Assembly: GCF_009914755.1 (NCBI RefSeq)
Contig: NC_060936.1
Length of the DNA stretch: 64,000 nucleotides
Direction: 5' to 3' (one strand)
Source: the human T2T-CHM13v2.0 reference genome, Homo sapiens
The notes below the pieces were generated by a model, which saw nothing but the letters and a program-made list of their open reading frames with translations, was not told the origin of the DNA and did no database searches. A program made the translations under genes and the position numbers. Shown here one piece after another: positions 1 to 15,685 of the stretch (its first letter is position 1; every line of letters starts with the position of its first letter).

Positions 1-349
1 CCTGACTTCTCAAGTCATCTGCCCAAAGGGCAACTGATTTTTGTCCCCTGTTTTAATCTTCTGAGCCTAAAACTAAGCTTTTTGAGGTCAATCCTGTCAG
101 TGATAGTATTGTTTTATTAACATTAGCAAATAAGTTACAAACACACACTGTTGTCTAAGTCTAATACATAAAATGTTGATGGAATATACTTAACTCTGAG
201 ACAACTAGAAACAAAGACACCCTTCACTTTCCCATCAAAAGAGGAAGATATTTATTGGATTTGCCTTTATTCTAGGAATATGAATGAATTCACGAGAGAA
301 TCCTCTATTTGTATGCATTATGCCATGATCCCTGAGATGAGCAATTTTT

Positions 350-1258
<909 letters not shown>

Positions 1259-1289
1259 GAGATGAGAAATTTTTATATTAAGACTATAA

Positions 1290-1420
1290 AAGTCGATACG
1301 TGTCATAATATTTGGCACAAAGCAGATGCTGAACAAATATTGAATAAATAAATGTCTGGATGAGTAGATGGCTAGATGAATGCTTGGTTGGTTGGCTGCC
1401 TGGCTGGATAGACATTGAAG
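1290..1420 (+). mobile_element. L2 3' end fragment
   Basis: TGGCACAAAGCAGATGCTGAACAAATATTGAATAAATAAATG followed by a GGAT/GAAT tail resembles the L2 terminus. Confidence 0.55.
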
Positions 1421-1907
1421 AAATAAAACTTTTAAAACTCAGAATATTGAAACAAAATGATAAATAATGATAGAGAAACACTGTATCTAATATGTCTCTG
1501 GACCATTGATCTAGAACCATTTATGAGTATATATGTTATCAATAAATATTGGAGCATGCTCCCTAATCCATATTGACCCATATATATAATTCTTAGTGCA
1601 ATACTCTTCTAATATAATATATACACATTACATATTTTCATAAATATCTTTTTAAGTATGATATAAAATCTAAATAAGATAAGAATTAATTACAACATTT
1701 AATTCCCACACTGCATGTGTCATGTTGCAGAATGGCTGGGGTATTTGCATTCCATATTGGAAGCCACAGATATAGACAATGAATTTGGAAGTTAGGCCCT
1801 TTGCCCACTCAAAATAAGAAGATCTGGCAAGAATAGGATAAACACAGAAGAAACAACTGCTGTCCTAGGACACTAAACAATTCACACCAGGGGACTAACT
1901 AATTAAG

Positions 1908-2372
1908 CAGGAGTTCTTAACATTTCTATGTATCAGAAACACTTTTGACAGTCTGATGGAGCCTATGAACCTATATCTTCTCAGGATGATTATTTACATG
2001 TATTGAATACAAAAATAAAATTATAAAAGTAATTATATTGAAATAGTTATAAAATATTAAAATTGCTATCTAGTAAAATAATATATGTACTTCTTGATTA
2101 ATGCATTAAAATTAATAGCTTGTGGTGGGTTGAATAATCACCATAATTTTAAAGTAGCAACATTTAAGGACTGTGATAATTGTAATAAGATATGAAAACA
2201 CCTGTTTGATACTGCTAATATTACTGTAAGTTTTTGTCAAAATTTATGATTGAAGAAAAGCTAAATTTTAATTAGAGTTTGGCGAAGATAAAGATTTATG
2301 TTTTTCCATCCAGTTCAGAGATCCTCTAAATTCTATTTTGGAGATATTCAGCACCCGGGTTGAAAACCTCTG
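1908..2372. mobile_element. hAT-Charlie DNA transposon, Charlie4a-like
   Basis: Termini CAGGAGTTCTTAAC and GTTGAAAACCTCTG form a degenerate TIR. Internal CAGTCTGATGGAGCCTATGAACC matches the recalled Charlie4 consensus. Confidence 0.6.
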
Positions 2373-3014
2373 AAGTAAAACAATGTAGTGAGGTGTCTAT
2401 TTCTTTAAGAGAAAGAAGTTGCCTTAACTCCAACCTTAATCAGTTTATTTATTGTATTGTGTATATTTATAATATTTGGTATGTCTGTAACATCAAAAAA
2501 TGTTGGAGTTAAATATTTTAGGTACAGTCAATTGCTAAAATAGCAAATGCAATTAAGAATATTAATAATTAATATGCATATGTTATCTTAATATTTCTTC
2601 TACATATGGCAAAAAACTAATTTTATGGTATAATTCTTATATTCATTATAAAATAAGAAAAACTAAACTGACTTAGCCTTATTTCTAGGAAATTAAAAAG
2701 CAAGTTTCTTTTTAAAAATTTCAATTATTTTTTCTAATATCTTTCTTATTTGAATATAATTTCTCTCTACCTAATTTAGGTTTTATTATAATCATATTAT
2801 TAATCAACTTATCCTTTGTTGCTTTTCTCCTCTAACAATCTAAAGAGCAGAACTTGATCTCCAGGGATAAGCAAAGGGCCGGAGGATAAAGTTGGAAATT
2901 GTTGTAAAATATTTTCTCAAATATAATTTTATTATTCATAACTTTGATAATTTCCTTACTAAAATTGAAAATTATTAAAATTATGTATAAGTCTCTTGGT
3001 ATCAGAAAAAAATA

Positions 3015-3347
<333 letters not shown>

Positions 3348-3354
3348 TAGTACT

Positions 3355-3833
<479 letters not shown>

Positions 3834-4318
3834 TTACTCTTGTTCTTTTTGCCATTATTAGCTATTAGAATTAATTTACTCATTCAATGATTTTGTGTTC
3901 AAAGCTCTCTGTGTAACAAGCACTCTAGATTCTGAATGTGGAACAGTTAACTTCAAGATTTCACTATGTTGAGATTTGGAAGATAGATTTCACATTAATT
4001 AGATTAGAAGATTTTTAGGTGTATCCATATGGCATTCAGACAAATAACAGCATAGCATAGGAGAATGAATAAAAATTTAAATAAAACCTGTTAGATTTAT
4101 ATTCACAAAAAATATTTTTCTTGGAATCTAAAAATTACTATTAATTTGGTATATACCAGAGGAAAATAAGAACTATGCATTAAGCTCAATTGAAACCAAT
4201 TTATTTTGAGAATATTTTCCTGTGAAAGGGATACCTCCAGATGTTGTGTTGTTAGGCACCCTCAGATGAAACATAAAATACTAAGAGCAAGAAAATAAAA
4301 TAATGAACCAAAATATTA

Positions 4319-4716
<398 letters not shown>

Positions 4717-4911
4717 TTATTAAAGACTTTAAAAAACATATTGAATTATAAAAAGTAATATTAAAAATAATATTCCCAAGACCTAGATTAGTAGTGATTA
4801 ATATTTTGCTACATTTGTTACATATTTAAGTTGGAACTCAAATATAATTCTGATATGCTACCTCCAACACTCCCTGCAAATCCTCTCTTATTTTATTTCA
4901 TGTTGTCATTT

Positions 4912-5672
4912 TGTAATTAACCGATGGAGTCTTCCCACCTGCTGCACAGATAAAACCAATTCACTGAGATTATGGCATTGCGGTAAAGAAAAAGTCTAAT
5001 TAATGCTAAGCTAGACACATAGTTAGACAGAATTATTACTTAGTCTCCCAGAAGGCTTGGAGGTTAGGGATTTGCAAGGATATTTTGATGGGCAGGGGAT
5101 AGGGAATGGGTACTGCTGATTGGTTGGAGATGCAGTCATAGGTGGGTAAAAAATGGTCCTTGTGTTCTGAGTCCACCATCTCTGGCTTGGGGTGGGGCAC
5201 AGGATAGGTTGAGTCATGAGTCACAAGTCTTCATGGAGTCAGTTATTTGTCAGAAGGCAAACCTACAAAAAGCATCTCAAAAGACCAATCCTATGTTCTA
5301 CCATAGTGGTGTTATCTATAGGAGCAATTGGGGAAGTCACAAATCTTATGACCTCTGACCACATGACTCCTGAGCAATGAGGGATTACAGAAACTACATT
5401 TTAGCAGAATTCAGCTCTCTCCCATAATCTTAATCTTGTGGCCTTCCATTTGTCTTACAAAGGTGGTTTCAGCCCCTGAACAAGGAGGAGATAAGTTTTA
5501 GGAAGAAACTATTCTCATCTTTGCTTCAAAGTTAAACTATGCACTAAATTCTGCCCACGATTACCCTACACCCAGGAATGAGCAAAGACAGACAGCCTGT
5601 GAGGCTAGAAGCAAGGTGGGGTCAGCCATGCTAGATTCTCTCACTGTCCTAATCTTCACAAGGACAGTTTCA
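4912..5672 (-). mobile_element. ERV1 solo LTR, LTR8B/LTR8A-like
   Basis: TG...CA ends. Minus strand starts TGAAACTGTCCTTGTGAAGATTAGGACAGTGAGAG. Perfect 4-bp TSD ATTT at 4908-4911 and 5673-5676. Confidence 0.85.
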
Positions 5673-5916
5673 ATTTCCTACCTCCATCCCCATCAACAAA
5701 CTCCTACAAGCATTACTATAATATATTCTTAATTATATGTCAGAAACATATTTGATATGCATTTTGCTGTAAATATAATTTCATACTTTTAATGCAAAAG
5801 TACATCTTAAGAACTATCCTGTTTGCTGTTTAAAATCAAGATTATTATTTACTATTCTTACACTGTATTCAAATCAATGCATACCCCTCAACTACTTTAT
5901 CTATTGTATTAGTCAA

Positions 5917-6281
5917 TGTCCTGGTTTGTTTAGATTACTACAACAAAATTCCATAGACTGGGAGGTTTCATTTCTTTCTCACAATTCTGGAGGCTGGAAA
6001 GACAAAAATAAATATGGCAGCTGATTTAGTTCCTGGCAATGACTCTTCCTATCTTGCAGATGGCCTTCTTCTTGCTGTGTCCTTGCTTGGCTGAGAGAAA
6101 GAGAAGAAACTTCCATGTCTCTGCCTATAAAAACACTAATCTCCTTGGGAGGACCCCACCCCCTCATGACCTTCTCCAAACGTAATTACCTCCCTAAAAC
6201 CCCACCTATGAATACCATCACATTAGGAGTGAGGGCTTTAAAAAATATATTTTGTGTGAACACCAACATTCAGTCCATAAC
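5917..6281 (-). mobile_element. MaLR LTR (MLT1A-like), probably nested in an older MLT1 remnant
   Basis: CTCACAATTCTGGAGGCTGG...CCCTCATGACC...TAATTACCTCC...ATTCAGTCCATAAC. Confidence 0.75.
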
Positions 6282-6521
6282 CATCAGGTTGTTCTGCAAT
6301 AGTGGCATGGAATAAATAACCCTGAATTCTCAATGTTTTACACATCCTTATTAACTGCCCATGGATATGCAGGGCAATTGTGTCTCTGCTGAGCTCAGCT
6401 AAAGTAAGTGGTGCAGGGAAGTAGACTCTACCCCCAGGGAAGCCACCTTGAGGTTAGGGAGAGAAGGAAGAATTGTGAGCAGATAGTATTATCATGTCTT
6501 CTTTCACAGTTTCCTTTATTC

Positions 6522-6857
6522 CAGGGGTCCTGGGCAAGGACCAGTACTGGTCAGTGGCATGTTGAGAACCAGGCCACACAGCAGGTGGTGAGCAGTGGGT
6601 GAGCCATCATTACCACCTGAGCTCTGCCTCCTGTCAGGTCAGCTGTGGCATTAGATTCTCACAGGAGTGGAAACCTTATGGTGAACTGTGCATGCAAGGG
6701 ATCTAGGTTGTGTGCTCCTTTTGAAAATCTAACTAATGCCTGATGATCTGATGTGGAACAGTTTTATCCCCAAACCATTCCCCCACCATCCCATCCATGG
6801 AAAAACTGTCTTCTACAAAACAGGTCCCTGGTGCCACAAGAAGGTTGGGAACTGCTG
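6522..6857 (+). mobile_element. MER1B (hAT-Charlie)
   Basis: CAGGGGTCC...GGTTGGGAACTGCTG, ~336 bp. Homologous to 62758-63099. Confidence 0.9.
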
Positions 6858-6859
6858 CT

Positions 6860-7540
6860 TTAGTTCTTTGTACATATCTATAATAGCTGTTTTTGAGTCT
6901 TTGCTAATCCAACACCTGTGTCCCCTTAAAGGCCATCTCTTTTGCTTCATTTTATTCCTGTGTAAGGTTCTTACTTTCATGTTTCTTTGACTGTCTCATA
7001 AGTTTTGGTTGAAAATCGGACACTTTTGATAATGCACTATAGCAACTCTGGCTACTGATCCCTCTCCTCCTGGGCCATGTTGTTATTTTTATCTGTTTGC
7101 TTGCTTATCTGTTTAGTAACTTGACTATACTGATTTATTAAGGTTCCCTTGCATTGGCCAGCCTTTACTGTCATTCTTCAGAAGGCACAACATGTACACA
7201 GTTATCTTGACCCCCTAGCCCCAGGGATGACAGTGGTTTTGATTCTTTTTCCCTGAATTCCTTATTAAGCTTCCAGAAAGTCTGACTTTATTGAAATTGT
7301 ATCTAGCTTTTAGCTGCCACTAATTGTTAACTCTTTGTTCTATTGTTTTCAACAATGCCCTGGTGTATAAATTGTTCTAGAGTCTTATCCAATTAAAGTC
7401 AGGCATCTTTAGAGCTTTCTCCAATTCCATAGGGCTCTTCATTGCTGGTTTCCCCCCTCGTCCTTCCTGTGAAACTTCTAATTTTTCTGCCGTTTTACTT
7501 GTTGCTGTCATAAAACTAGTAGCCTCCTCTTAGTTGCTGT
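6860..7540 (-). mobile_element. Old L1M fragment
   Basis: T-rich sequence resembling antisense ancient L1. Boundaries are approximate. Confidence 0.35.
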
Positions 7541-8222
7541 TTTTACAGTCAAATTAATATTAATTTACTATTTGTTCATTAATTTTCTTACCTGGTAGAA
7601 TTCGCTAGAAGGTAAGAGGTATCTGGGGCTAAGTGATTAAGAAAAAATTTATGATAGAAAACTTATGCCAAATTTTGACTTTCCTTTCCCTCTCCCCTCC
7701 TATGCCCTGTAAACTGAAAAAGATCCTGTATCATTTGAATTTAGCAACAGATCAAATTTGTTCATGCCATGGGCTAATGATGCTTCATAGGCATAGATTA
7801 TTAATATAAGAAGTAATTTCCTTTAACCTCTAACCTCTGCTTTACAAATAAGTCAGCAAGGCCAATATTTTAAAAAATGAGTTAATGGCAAAGTGATATA
7901 TTGAATGTAGATCTCCTAAATCCAGTCTTATTTGTAATTGGCTGGCCAGGATGCACAAGAAATGACATTTTTCTATTTATGAAACTCATCAATGTTGACC
8001 ACTGTTTAACGGGTGTTTTAAACAGTGGAACTAGCACAGGGACTATTTAATTGATATTATCCTTTTTACCAGAAGAGAATTTGTAAAGCTCTTTCTTTTG
8101 TAGAACAGGAGCAAGGTACATACAGCTCTGCATAAGAAGCACTTTGACAAAGGAATAATATAATAATTCATATTCAAAATACTGAAATTCTGTCTTCAAA
8201 CAGACTTACCTTTAAGTTTGCA

Positions 8223-8536
8223 ATACATATATGTATATATATGTGTGTATATATGTATATGTATATGTATATACATATATAGTGTATGTATATATGTATA
8301 TACATATATAGTGTATGTATATATGTATATACATATATAGTGTATATATGTATATATGTATATATATGTGTATATATGTATATATATGTATATATGTATA
8401 CATGTATATATGTATATATGTATATATGTATACATGTATATATGTATATATATGTATATATGTATACATGTATATATGTATATATATGTATATATGTATA
8501 CATGTATATATGTGTGTGTGTATATATATGTATATA
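8223..8536. repeat. Composite (TA)n/(TATATG)n microsatellite with 29-bp and 32-34-bp higher-order units
   Basis: Directly visible. It explains the six Y/I/H/M/C-rich ORFs at 8174-8679. Confidence 0.97.
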
Positions 8537-10959
8537 GCCAACAGTTACCTTTTTTCTCCCATAAGATATCAGCAGGTAGATACAAGATATATTCTTTTCG
8601 TAGTGACATTCTTATACCTCAAAAAGCCTTGACAGAATTTTCCCAGATTTCAAGAAACTTCTTTCTATATAATTTGTAAACTTTTACATTCATAAAATGT
8701 GGCTGATTTCTACGTTTGTTTAAAACTCAGTAACAGGGATACCATATTGTGATCAAAACATGCAGAATCCATACAATTCAGTTCACTTATTCCCAATACC
8801 AAGGAAGAACCTGCTATGGGCAAGTAAAAAAAAAAGTACATTGAGTTCTCACTGTGTGAACCTGGACAAGCTATTTAACTTTTCTGGACCCAGATATTAT
8901 CATACTTGTCTTGCAATGAAGAAACTAAAGGAAATAATTAAGTCTTCAAATGAAATAATGTAAATGAAGACATTCTGTAAATTTCAAATCAACAATGCAA
9001 AATGTAGGCTTATTAGATGGTGACTATCAAGGACAATTGTATTTGTTGACCTCATCTAGTTCAATCAGTGCAGTCAGCATGAACTTATTTTACATTTGTT
9101 ACAGGGATCAAAATTTATGCAACCAAATAGAATAGTCACAGTTCTGTTTCTTTCTTTTTTTTTCTTCTTTGTCTTTTTCCAATTTCTCATTGGCTAGCAG
9201 GGCATTTCAAGAGAGAAGACAATGGAAAATGAAACAATTATATCTGTCACAAAGAATCAATGCTGCAGAAGTTGGGTTTAAAATAGGACCAGGATGGTAC
9301 TCCCTGATGCATCCTCTTCCAAGTTCCACTAATAGACACATAAAAGTCAAAAATCTTTGAAAAATCCCAATACAGAAAAGTATGACTGACAGCCAATTGC
9401 CGGAATGTGGGAAGGATTTCTTCTAGCTAAAAGCCTAAGAGAACTGGATTGAAAAGTAACGAATAACTTGCTGGGCTAGGCAATACTTGCCAGATCTGGA
9501 AGTAGTTAAGGAGAGATTAATTATCTTCTCACTTGTCTGTCACTCTCATTAAAAACAAAACAAACTAAAGACCAAGTCTTGCAGAATTTGGGAAAGCTAT
9601 CACTTTTGGTTATGAGTGCTACCTTTAGAAATCCAAAAGACTGACCCTCAATTTCCCTTTTAATGCAACACTTTCTTTATCCAGAGGAACAGAGCTATTC
9701 TCAAAAGTTCCACAGAGCTGGAGCACATGTGACCAAAGGTAAACCATTTCATTCTGGGAGACAAATTTTTACCAGTCCCTACAAAATCATCTGAGAAACC
9801 AGATTCCCCAGGAGAATTATCTGCAGGAATCTTGGAAATATAGATTCTCCATTTGCAGAGATTTTGAATTCAGTCTATTTGAAGAGGGGCCTGAGGACTT
9901 ATATTTCATAATACCCTCCAAGTGATTAGAGAAACGGCACTGTGTGTAAGTCACTGATTTAAGGCTCAGGACAGACATATCCAGGATACTTTTCCTTCAT
10001 TTCTATGAACTCTGAAATTATAGTATCACTTTCTATATGGTTTCCATCTATCATAAATCACTTATTTCTTGATGATGAAAATTAAATCCAATATAGCAAT
10101 TCCCCTGGATGCTTTGTTCATTTTTTCCCCAGTGAAATTTTTAGCAGGATAAATGGAAATTTTATCAAAACTGTGTTATGCAAGATGGAATTTCTCATGT
10201 TTTTACATACTTTAAAGTTCACTACCATACATTATTTAATATTTTAACCTTACGGTGTCTCTTTTTGTAGTTACATTTACATCCTCTATTTAGTTTTAGT
10301 CCAAATTTCACCTTCAGATTTGTTATACTCTGTGGACATACATTGCCACCTCCCTTTAGTCTATTAAAATATACTTAAAAATAAAACAGGTCTTTTCATT
10401 GTATATTCCATATAGGTGTCATACTTCAGCAAGTATCAGTGATACATATGAGATTTTCTTTACATGCCGTGATAAAATTTCCTATTGATTTTGTTTGTTA
10501 TCATACTCTACCTCTGATTAGATATATCTGTGGTTTCTCACAGATATACTCTGATATGCTTGCTTGGAGAGAATTGCAAACATGTATATGCCTTTGAATA
10601 AGAACAGAAGTGAGTGAAATCTGGAATTTAATATGTATTTAATAAGAGAGTAATTGTAATTATCATAAGTCAACCTGTCATAGAAAGATTGTGCTTTTTG
10701 ACTTTTATCAAGGAAGTGATCTTTGCTATAAAATCAAATTAACCTTATGATAGAACTGTACGAGCTGTTTAATTTTTCAGATTACATCAGAACTTTAATT
10801 ATATCCTTGCAGACATTTGAAGAAATTGACATAATACCAATCAACATATCAAGTATAATTTAATAAAAATAATTTTCACTAATATCAGCAAACTACTATC
10901 ATGGTACCAGAAAGACCAAATAGATTGGCTGAATGTCATTCAGTAATATGCTGACTGTA

Positions 10960-11790
10960 ATATGAGAGGACTTCAAAATCTAGACTGAACAGGTTTGCTA
11001 AGGTTTATGTTTAATATTTTATTAATTAAAAATATATCTTATGAAAATCAAGTACAATTTTTAACATATTCCAAGATATAATTTTATGGTAAAACAATCT
11101 CATAATAAATGTATTTCTTTTCTTTTTAAAATGTTTATTGATACATAATGATTGTACATATTTCTGGAGTACATGAGATATTTTGCTACATGCTTACATT
11201 GTATAGTGATCAAATCAGGGTGATTGTGATATAAATCACTTCAAACATTTATCATTTCTTTGTATTGGGATCATTCCAAATCTTTCTTCTGGCTATTTTG
11301 AAATGTACAATAAATTATTCTGAACTATAGTCACCCTACTGTGCTATTAAATAGTAGAACTTACTCCTTCTATGTAAGTGTATTTTTGTCAATTCAGGTA
11401 AAACATTTCAAAGAAATGTTACTTGAGTTGAAATATGACTGATGAATTTTAATAAATATACCAATACATGACCATTTATATGAGTGTTTTTCCTTTGGAA
11501 GTATGGAAGTATTTCTTTAAGGAAGCCTACTTATTTATTCTTACAGAGATGTTATTACTCAAAATATTTAGGTAACTTCTTGAAAATTGCTCTCTGTGCC
11601 TAAACACATGTACTTAAATATCAATAATGGTGAAAAATATCTGTCTCTTGAGAACCAGTTTAATTTTTAAAGCATCTCAGAATTATCTGGAGGCAAGCAT
11701 TAGGAATCAATTTGATGATCAAGCCAAATGTTAGCATCTGGGTCAGAGATAAATCTAAAGTAATGAAAACTAATTTAGTTGCACAGTTTA
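10960..11790. mobile_element. Possible MARNA (ancient mariner-type) remnant interrupted by L1MA
   Basis: 11490-11730 (CCTTTGGAAG...TACTTATTTATTC...CTCAAAATATTT...GAAAATTGCTCTC...AATGGTGAAAAATATCTG...TGATCAAGC) follows the recalled MARNA consensus. Confidence 0.4.
11115..11390 (-). mobile_element. L1MA (MA4-MA6-like) 3' end
   Basis: TTTATTGATACATAAT...GATCAAATCAGGG...CTATTTTGAAATGTACAATAAATT. Homologous to 62005-62240. Confidence 0.8.
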
Positions 11791-13322
11791 TAACCTACTT
11801 TTATGGTAAGACTCCTTCCCCCACAAAAAAAATTACAAAATAATTTTGGGAATGGGCAGCGTTTTTAAAATAAGTATATAGAATATAAAATACCTTATTA
11901 GATTTCTCAGAAGGGTGAGTATAATCAATCTTATTACCAAAGAGGCAATTCCATGACTTCTAACACGTGTCTGATACATAGCAGAAAAGAAAATGCTAGT
12001 GGAATTAATAAAAAACACAATCATTAATCAAATAATACTTATCACAGGAAAAAATAATTTAAACAAGCCAGAGTGCTTTTAAAGGTACTTATAAAAAGTA
12101 TGAAAACTTTTGACATACAAAAAACTTTTTTATTGAGTTGCCCAAAAGAAGGTATAAACCATAATACATATACTTCATTTATATGACCAATACATACAGT
12201 ATCTATACTTATATTTTTACTTTTATTCATAATACTTAAATTTTGCTAGTATGTACATTTTCTACTTAAAATAGAATTTCAAATAAGAAAAATAGAAATA
12301 GTTTAGCAGTGTTTATGGGCTGTGTGAATATCTGCCCTTTAGTAAACATGCAATACTGGTTTTAACTTATTAGATTCTCTAGCTAAATAAAGAAACCTAT
12401 TTAAAAGTTATTTAATCTCAGCTTTAATATTTTAATATTTTTAAAATGCTATGGCTCCTGACCACTTGTGCAATTTAGCCTCTCTCTTGCCATTCATCCT
12501 GAGACATGGGCATTTTGAACTGCTCACCTTTCTCTGCCCTTTGAATATGAGTTTCCCTCCTGACAATTCCTACTCATCTTTCAAGTTCAACTTACTATCT
12601 CTGTGAAATTATAACAAAATCACACAGACACTTTCAGTATCCCTTTCTCTAAAATTATATAACTTCGCATTCATATCTGTATTATATTGATTGAATATTA
12701 ATATTAATTATTGAATATTATAATTGAATATATACTATATATTCAATTCATATTATACTTGATATAGTATATATTGAATAATTGATATAATCAATATATT
12801 TAATCCACAGTGAAATCTTTCTAATATATACCTTGGGCCATAACTTAGCTTAATATTGTTATAAACACAATTCTTAAAATAATTCACAATTTGTAAAATA
12901 GTATACTGTCCATTAACTGATTCTTAATATAGACTTTCATTATTCATTGTTTCATTTAAAAAATTCATTGAATACGTAAGTATGTACTCATTTAGGCTTT
13001 AAGTTTTCTTTTTTAAAAATCTCATATCTCAAATGATTTAGTTTCTTTGTCCACTTTGTATTCTATTATACTCTACAATGAAACACACATAAGTAAAAAA
13101 AGTTAATCTGTAACTATGTTTAATTCCAGAGACTTTCCCCAAAGCAATTTTGGGAGGGAGATAAAATTGATTTTCCAGACTTTTAGTTGTGTATAAATAA
13201 TCATTTTTTTCATATAATCCCCAGCTTAGTGTTTCTTTAATTTCTATATTTTCATTAAGAGTATAGGGCTGTCTTAGTTTATTAAAAAACTTAAAACCCT
13301 CTCTGCTTTAGTGGAACAGGTC

Positions 13323-13710
13323 TGCATTAGTTCATTCTCACACTGCTCATAAACACATACCCGAGACTGGGTAATTTATAAAGGAAAGAGGTTTAATTGA
13401 CTCACAGTACAGCATGGCTGGGATGGCCTCAGGAAACTTACAACAATCAGGGCAGAAGGGGAAGCAAACATGTCCCTCTTTACATGGTGGCAGCAAGGAG
13501 AGATGTGGAGCAAAAGGAGGAAAAGCCCCTTATAATGCCATCAGATCTCCTGAGAACTCACTCTTTATCAGGAGGCGAACAGCAGGAGGGTAACCACCCC
13601 CATGGTTCAATTACCTCTCACTGGGTCCCTCCTACAACACCTGATACGTGGGGATTATGAGAACTACAATTCAAGATGAGATTTAGGTGGGACACAGCCA
13701 AACCATTTCA
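13323..13710 (-). mobile_element. THE1C/D solo LTR (MaLR)
   Basis: TGCATTAGTTCATTCTCACACTGCT...GACACAGCCAAACCATTTCA. 5-bp TSD AGGTC/AGGAC. Confidence 0.92.
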
Positions 13711-14204
13711 AGGACTATTCAGTTTCTAGTTAGTTTTGCTTAAAAGAACTATTTGTCAATAATTTTCTATTGCTGATAGCAATGTTTACAAAATCATTCC
13801 TTTCAAACATGGCCCTTTTTTGGACCTACATTACTTACCAAATTTATTTATTTATTTTACTTTATTCTTTTAAATAAACTGCAACTAAAAGAGAACTAAA
13901 GTTTTAAAGAGCTAAATATTAGTTTTCTTCTTATTGACTAATTGGCATCAATCATAATAGAATAAGTATATATGTTTTAAGAAAGTATATTACTTAAGTT
14001 TATAAACTAGCTACTGGAGGAAAATGATTCTTCATGTGAAAAAGTTGTTTTAAGGAGAATTTTCTTTGAGTGCACAATGTGATTTTTTTTCAGTCAATGT
14101 CATTTGGTTTCTATACAGATACTTAGTTAACTGAATTATCCAGAAATGAATACTACCTTCCACTTTTCAATTGCTTAGTCTTCATGGATCAGAATTGAGT
14201 TATA

Positions 14205-14316
14205 CCAGAAAAAGGAAAGCAAGAAAAGAAAAAAGGAAGAAGGGAAAAAGGGAAGAAAGAAAGAAACAGAGAAGGATAAAATAAAAGAAAGGGGAGTGGG
14301 GAAGGAGAGAGAGAAA
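14205..14316. repeat. GA-rich low-complexity tract
   Basis: Almost pure purine on the plus strand. Confidence 0.8.
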
Positions 14317-15074
14317 ATATTTGCAGTTAAAATAAGCTGGGAATTTGGCCTTCTGCACTACCAGGAAAAGAAACAATGATTTCAGTTGAAAATAAAGTGT
14401 TGTGGTTGATTACTGACCAGAAAAGCAGAAACTCTCTGACTGTTTAGTCATGTCAACAAAAAGCCATCTTTGACATGCAGAAGAGAAATTAGAGGAGAAA
14501 ATAAAAGGTCATGCTACAATAGTAAAACAGAGAGGATAAAAAGAAAGTTCCAGAGTTGAGAGGAAATAGCAAGCAACAAATAATTTATCAAATGAAAATA
14601 AAGAGAGCTACCAAGAAGTGGTCAAGAATACAATTTTTCTGTATTATGACAATTTTAGTAACTCTTAACATTTTTTGGAATAGAACTGCTGCTACTCTGC
14701 CTGTGGTGGAGAACAGAAAAAGAAGACTAAGCAAGGGAGTAGATTAATTTTAGCATTTTATGAAGCCTTTCAGGTGGGCTTGGGGAGCAAAAATTATTGA
14801 ATACATATTGTATGTTAGACATTGCATAAAATGCTTCTTATACTTAGCTCTTCAAAAATCCCCCTGCCTCTGAATTACTGAAAAAATGAGAAGAGGATAA
14901 AATTTAAATATAAATATTATATGTAAATGTAAGCATTGAGTAGGTGTATGTGTGTATTTATACATGCAGAGAGAGAGAGAGTTTAAGTGTATAGACTCAG
15001 AAGTCAGACTGCTTGTGTTCATACATAGCTCCACTAATACCGTGAAATTTTGGGCAAATTCACTTATTAATTCA

Positions 15075-15685
15075 ATCATTAATTCAACACTTATTGACCA
15101 TTGTTACATGCCAGGCACTGTTCTAGATGATCTCTGCCCTCATGAAGCTGATCTTACAGCTGATGGGAGGCCAACAATAAATACTAAACATAAATAAGTA
15201 AATCATGTAGCATAATAAAGAATGTTAAATACAACAGAAAAAAACAATAAACTGGGTTAAGAGAGATGAGGAGTGGGATATAGTAAAGAAGACAGATATA
15301 TGTAGGCTAGTCAGGATAAGCTTCATGGCAAGGGTGATTTGAGAAAAATAATGAGGGAGTGAGTGTTAACCAAGAGAGTAGTAGAGAAAGAACACTCCAG
15401 GCTCAGGCACCAGAGGGCAAAAGGCCTAAAATGTGAGAATGTGTGCAGTGCTTGAGAAGTGGGAAGGAGTTATCTGGGCAGCTAGAAGAAAGTTAGCAAG
15501 GGGAAAATAACTGGAAATGATCAGGGTGCCAAGGATGGAGCTGGGGTAAATAATAAGGATAAAAGCAGCAAGACCTGTTGGGAAGATAACTGCAGTATCC
15601 CTGAAGATGGGAAGTTGGGAAAATAACAGCAGTCCATACCAGGGCAGAAGCAGTGGAGGTGTTGAAAACTGGTCAGATTCTGGAT
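15075..15685 (-). mobile_element. L2 (L2a-like) 3' portion
   Basis: ATTCAACACTTATTGA...ATGCCAGGCACTGTTCTAG...GGTCAGATTCTGGAT. Resumes at 17171. Confidence 0.75.

Noticed and set aside
7586-7617. Opposed donor-like motifs TCTTACCT...AGGTAAGA, or a 13-nt microexon
   Set aside because: Only an 8-bp inverted repeat with a weak acceptor and no other support.
7740-7800. tRNA-derived SINE head-like sequence (CATGGGCTAATGATGC)
   Set aside because: Too degenerate to call, with no cloverleaf or B box.
8174-8679. Six overlapping ORFs of 83-137 aa
   Set aside because: Stop-free translations of the TA/TG microsatellite.
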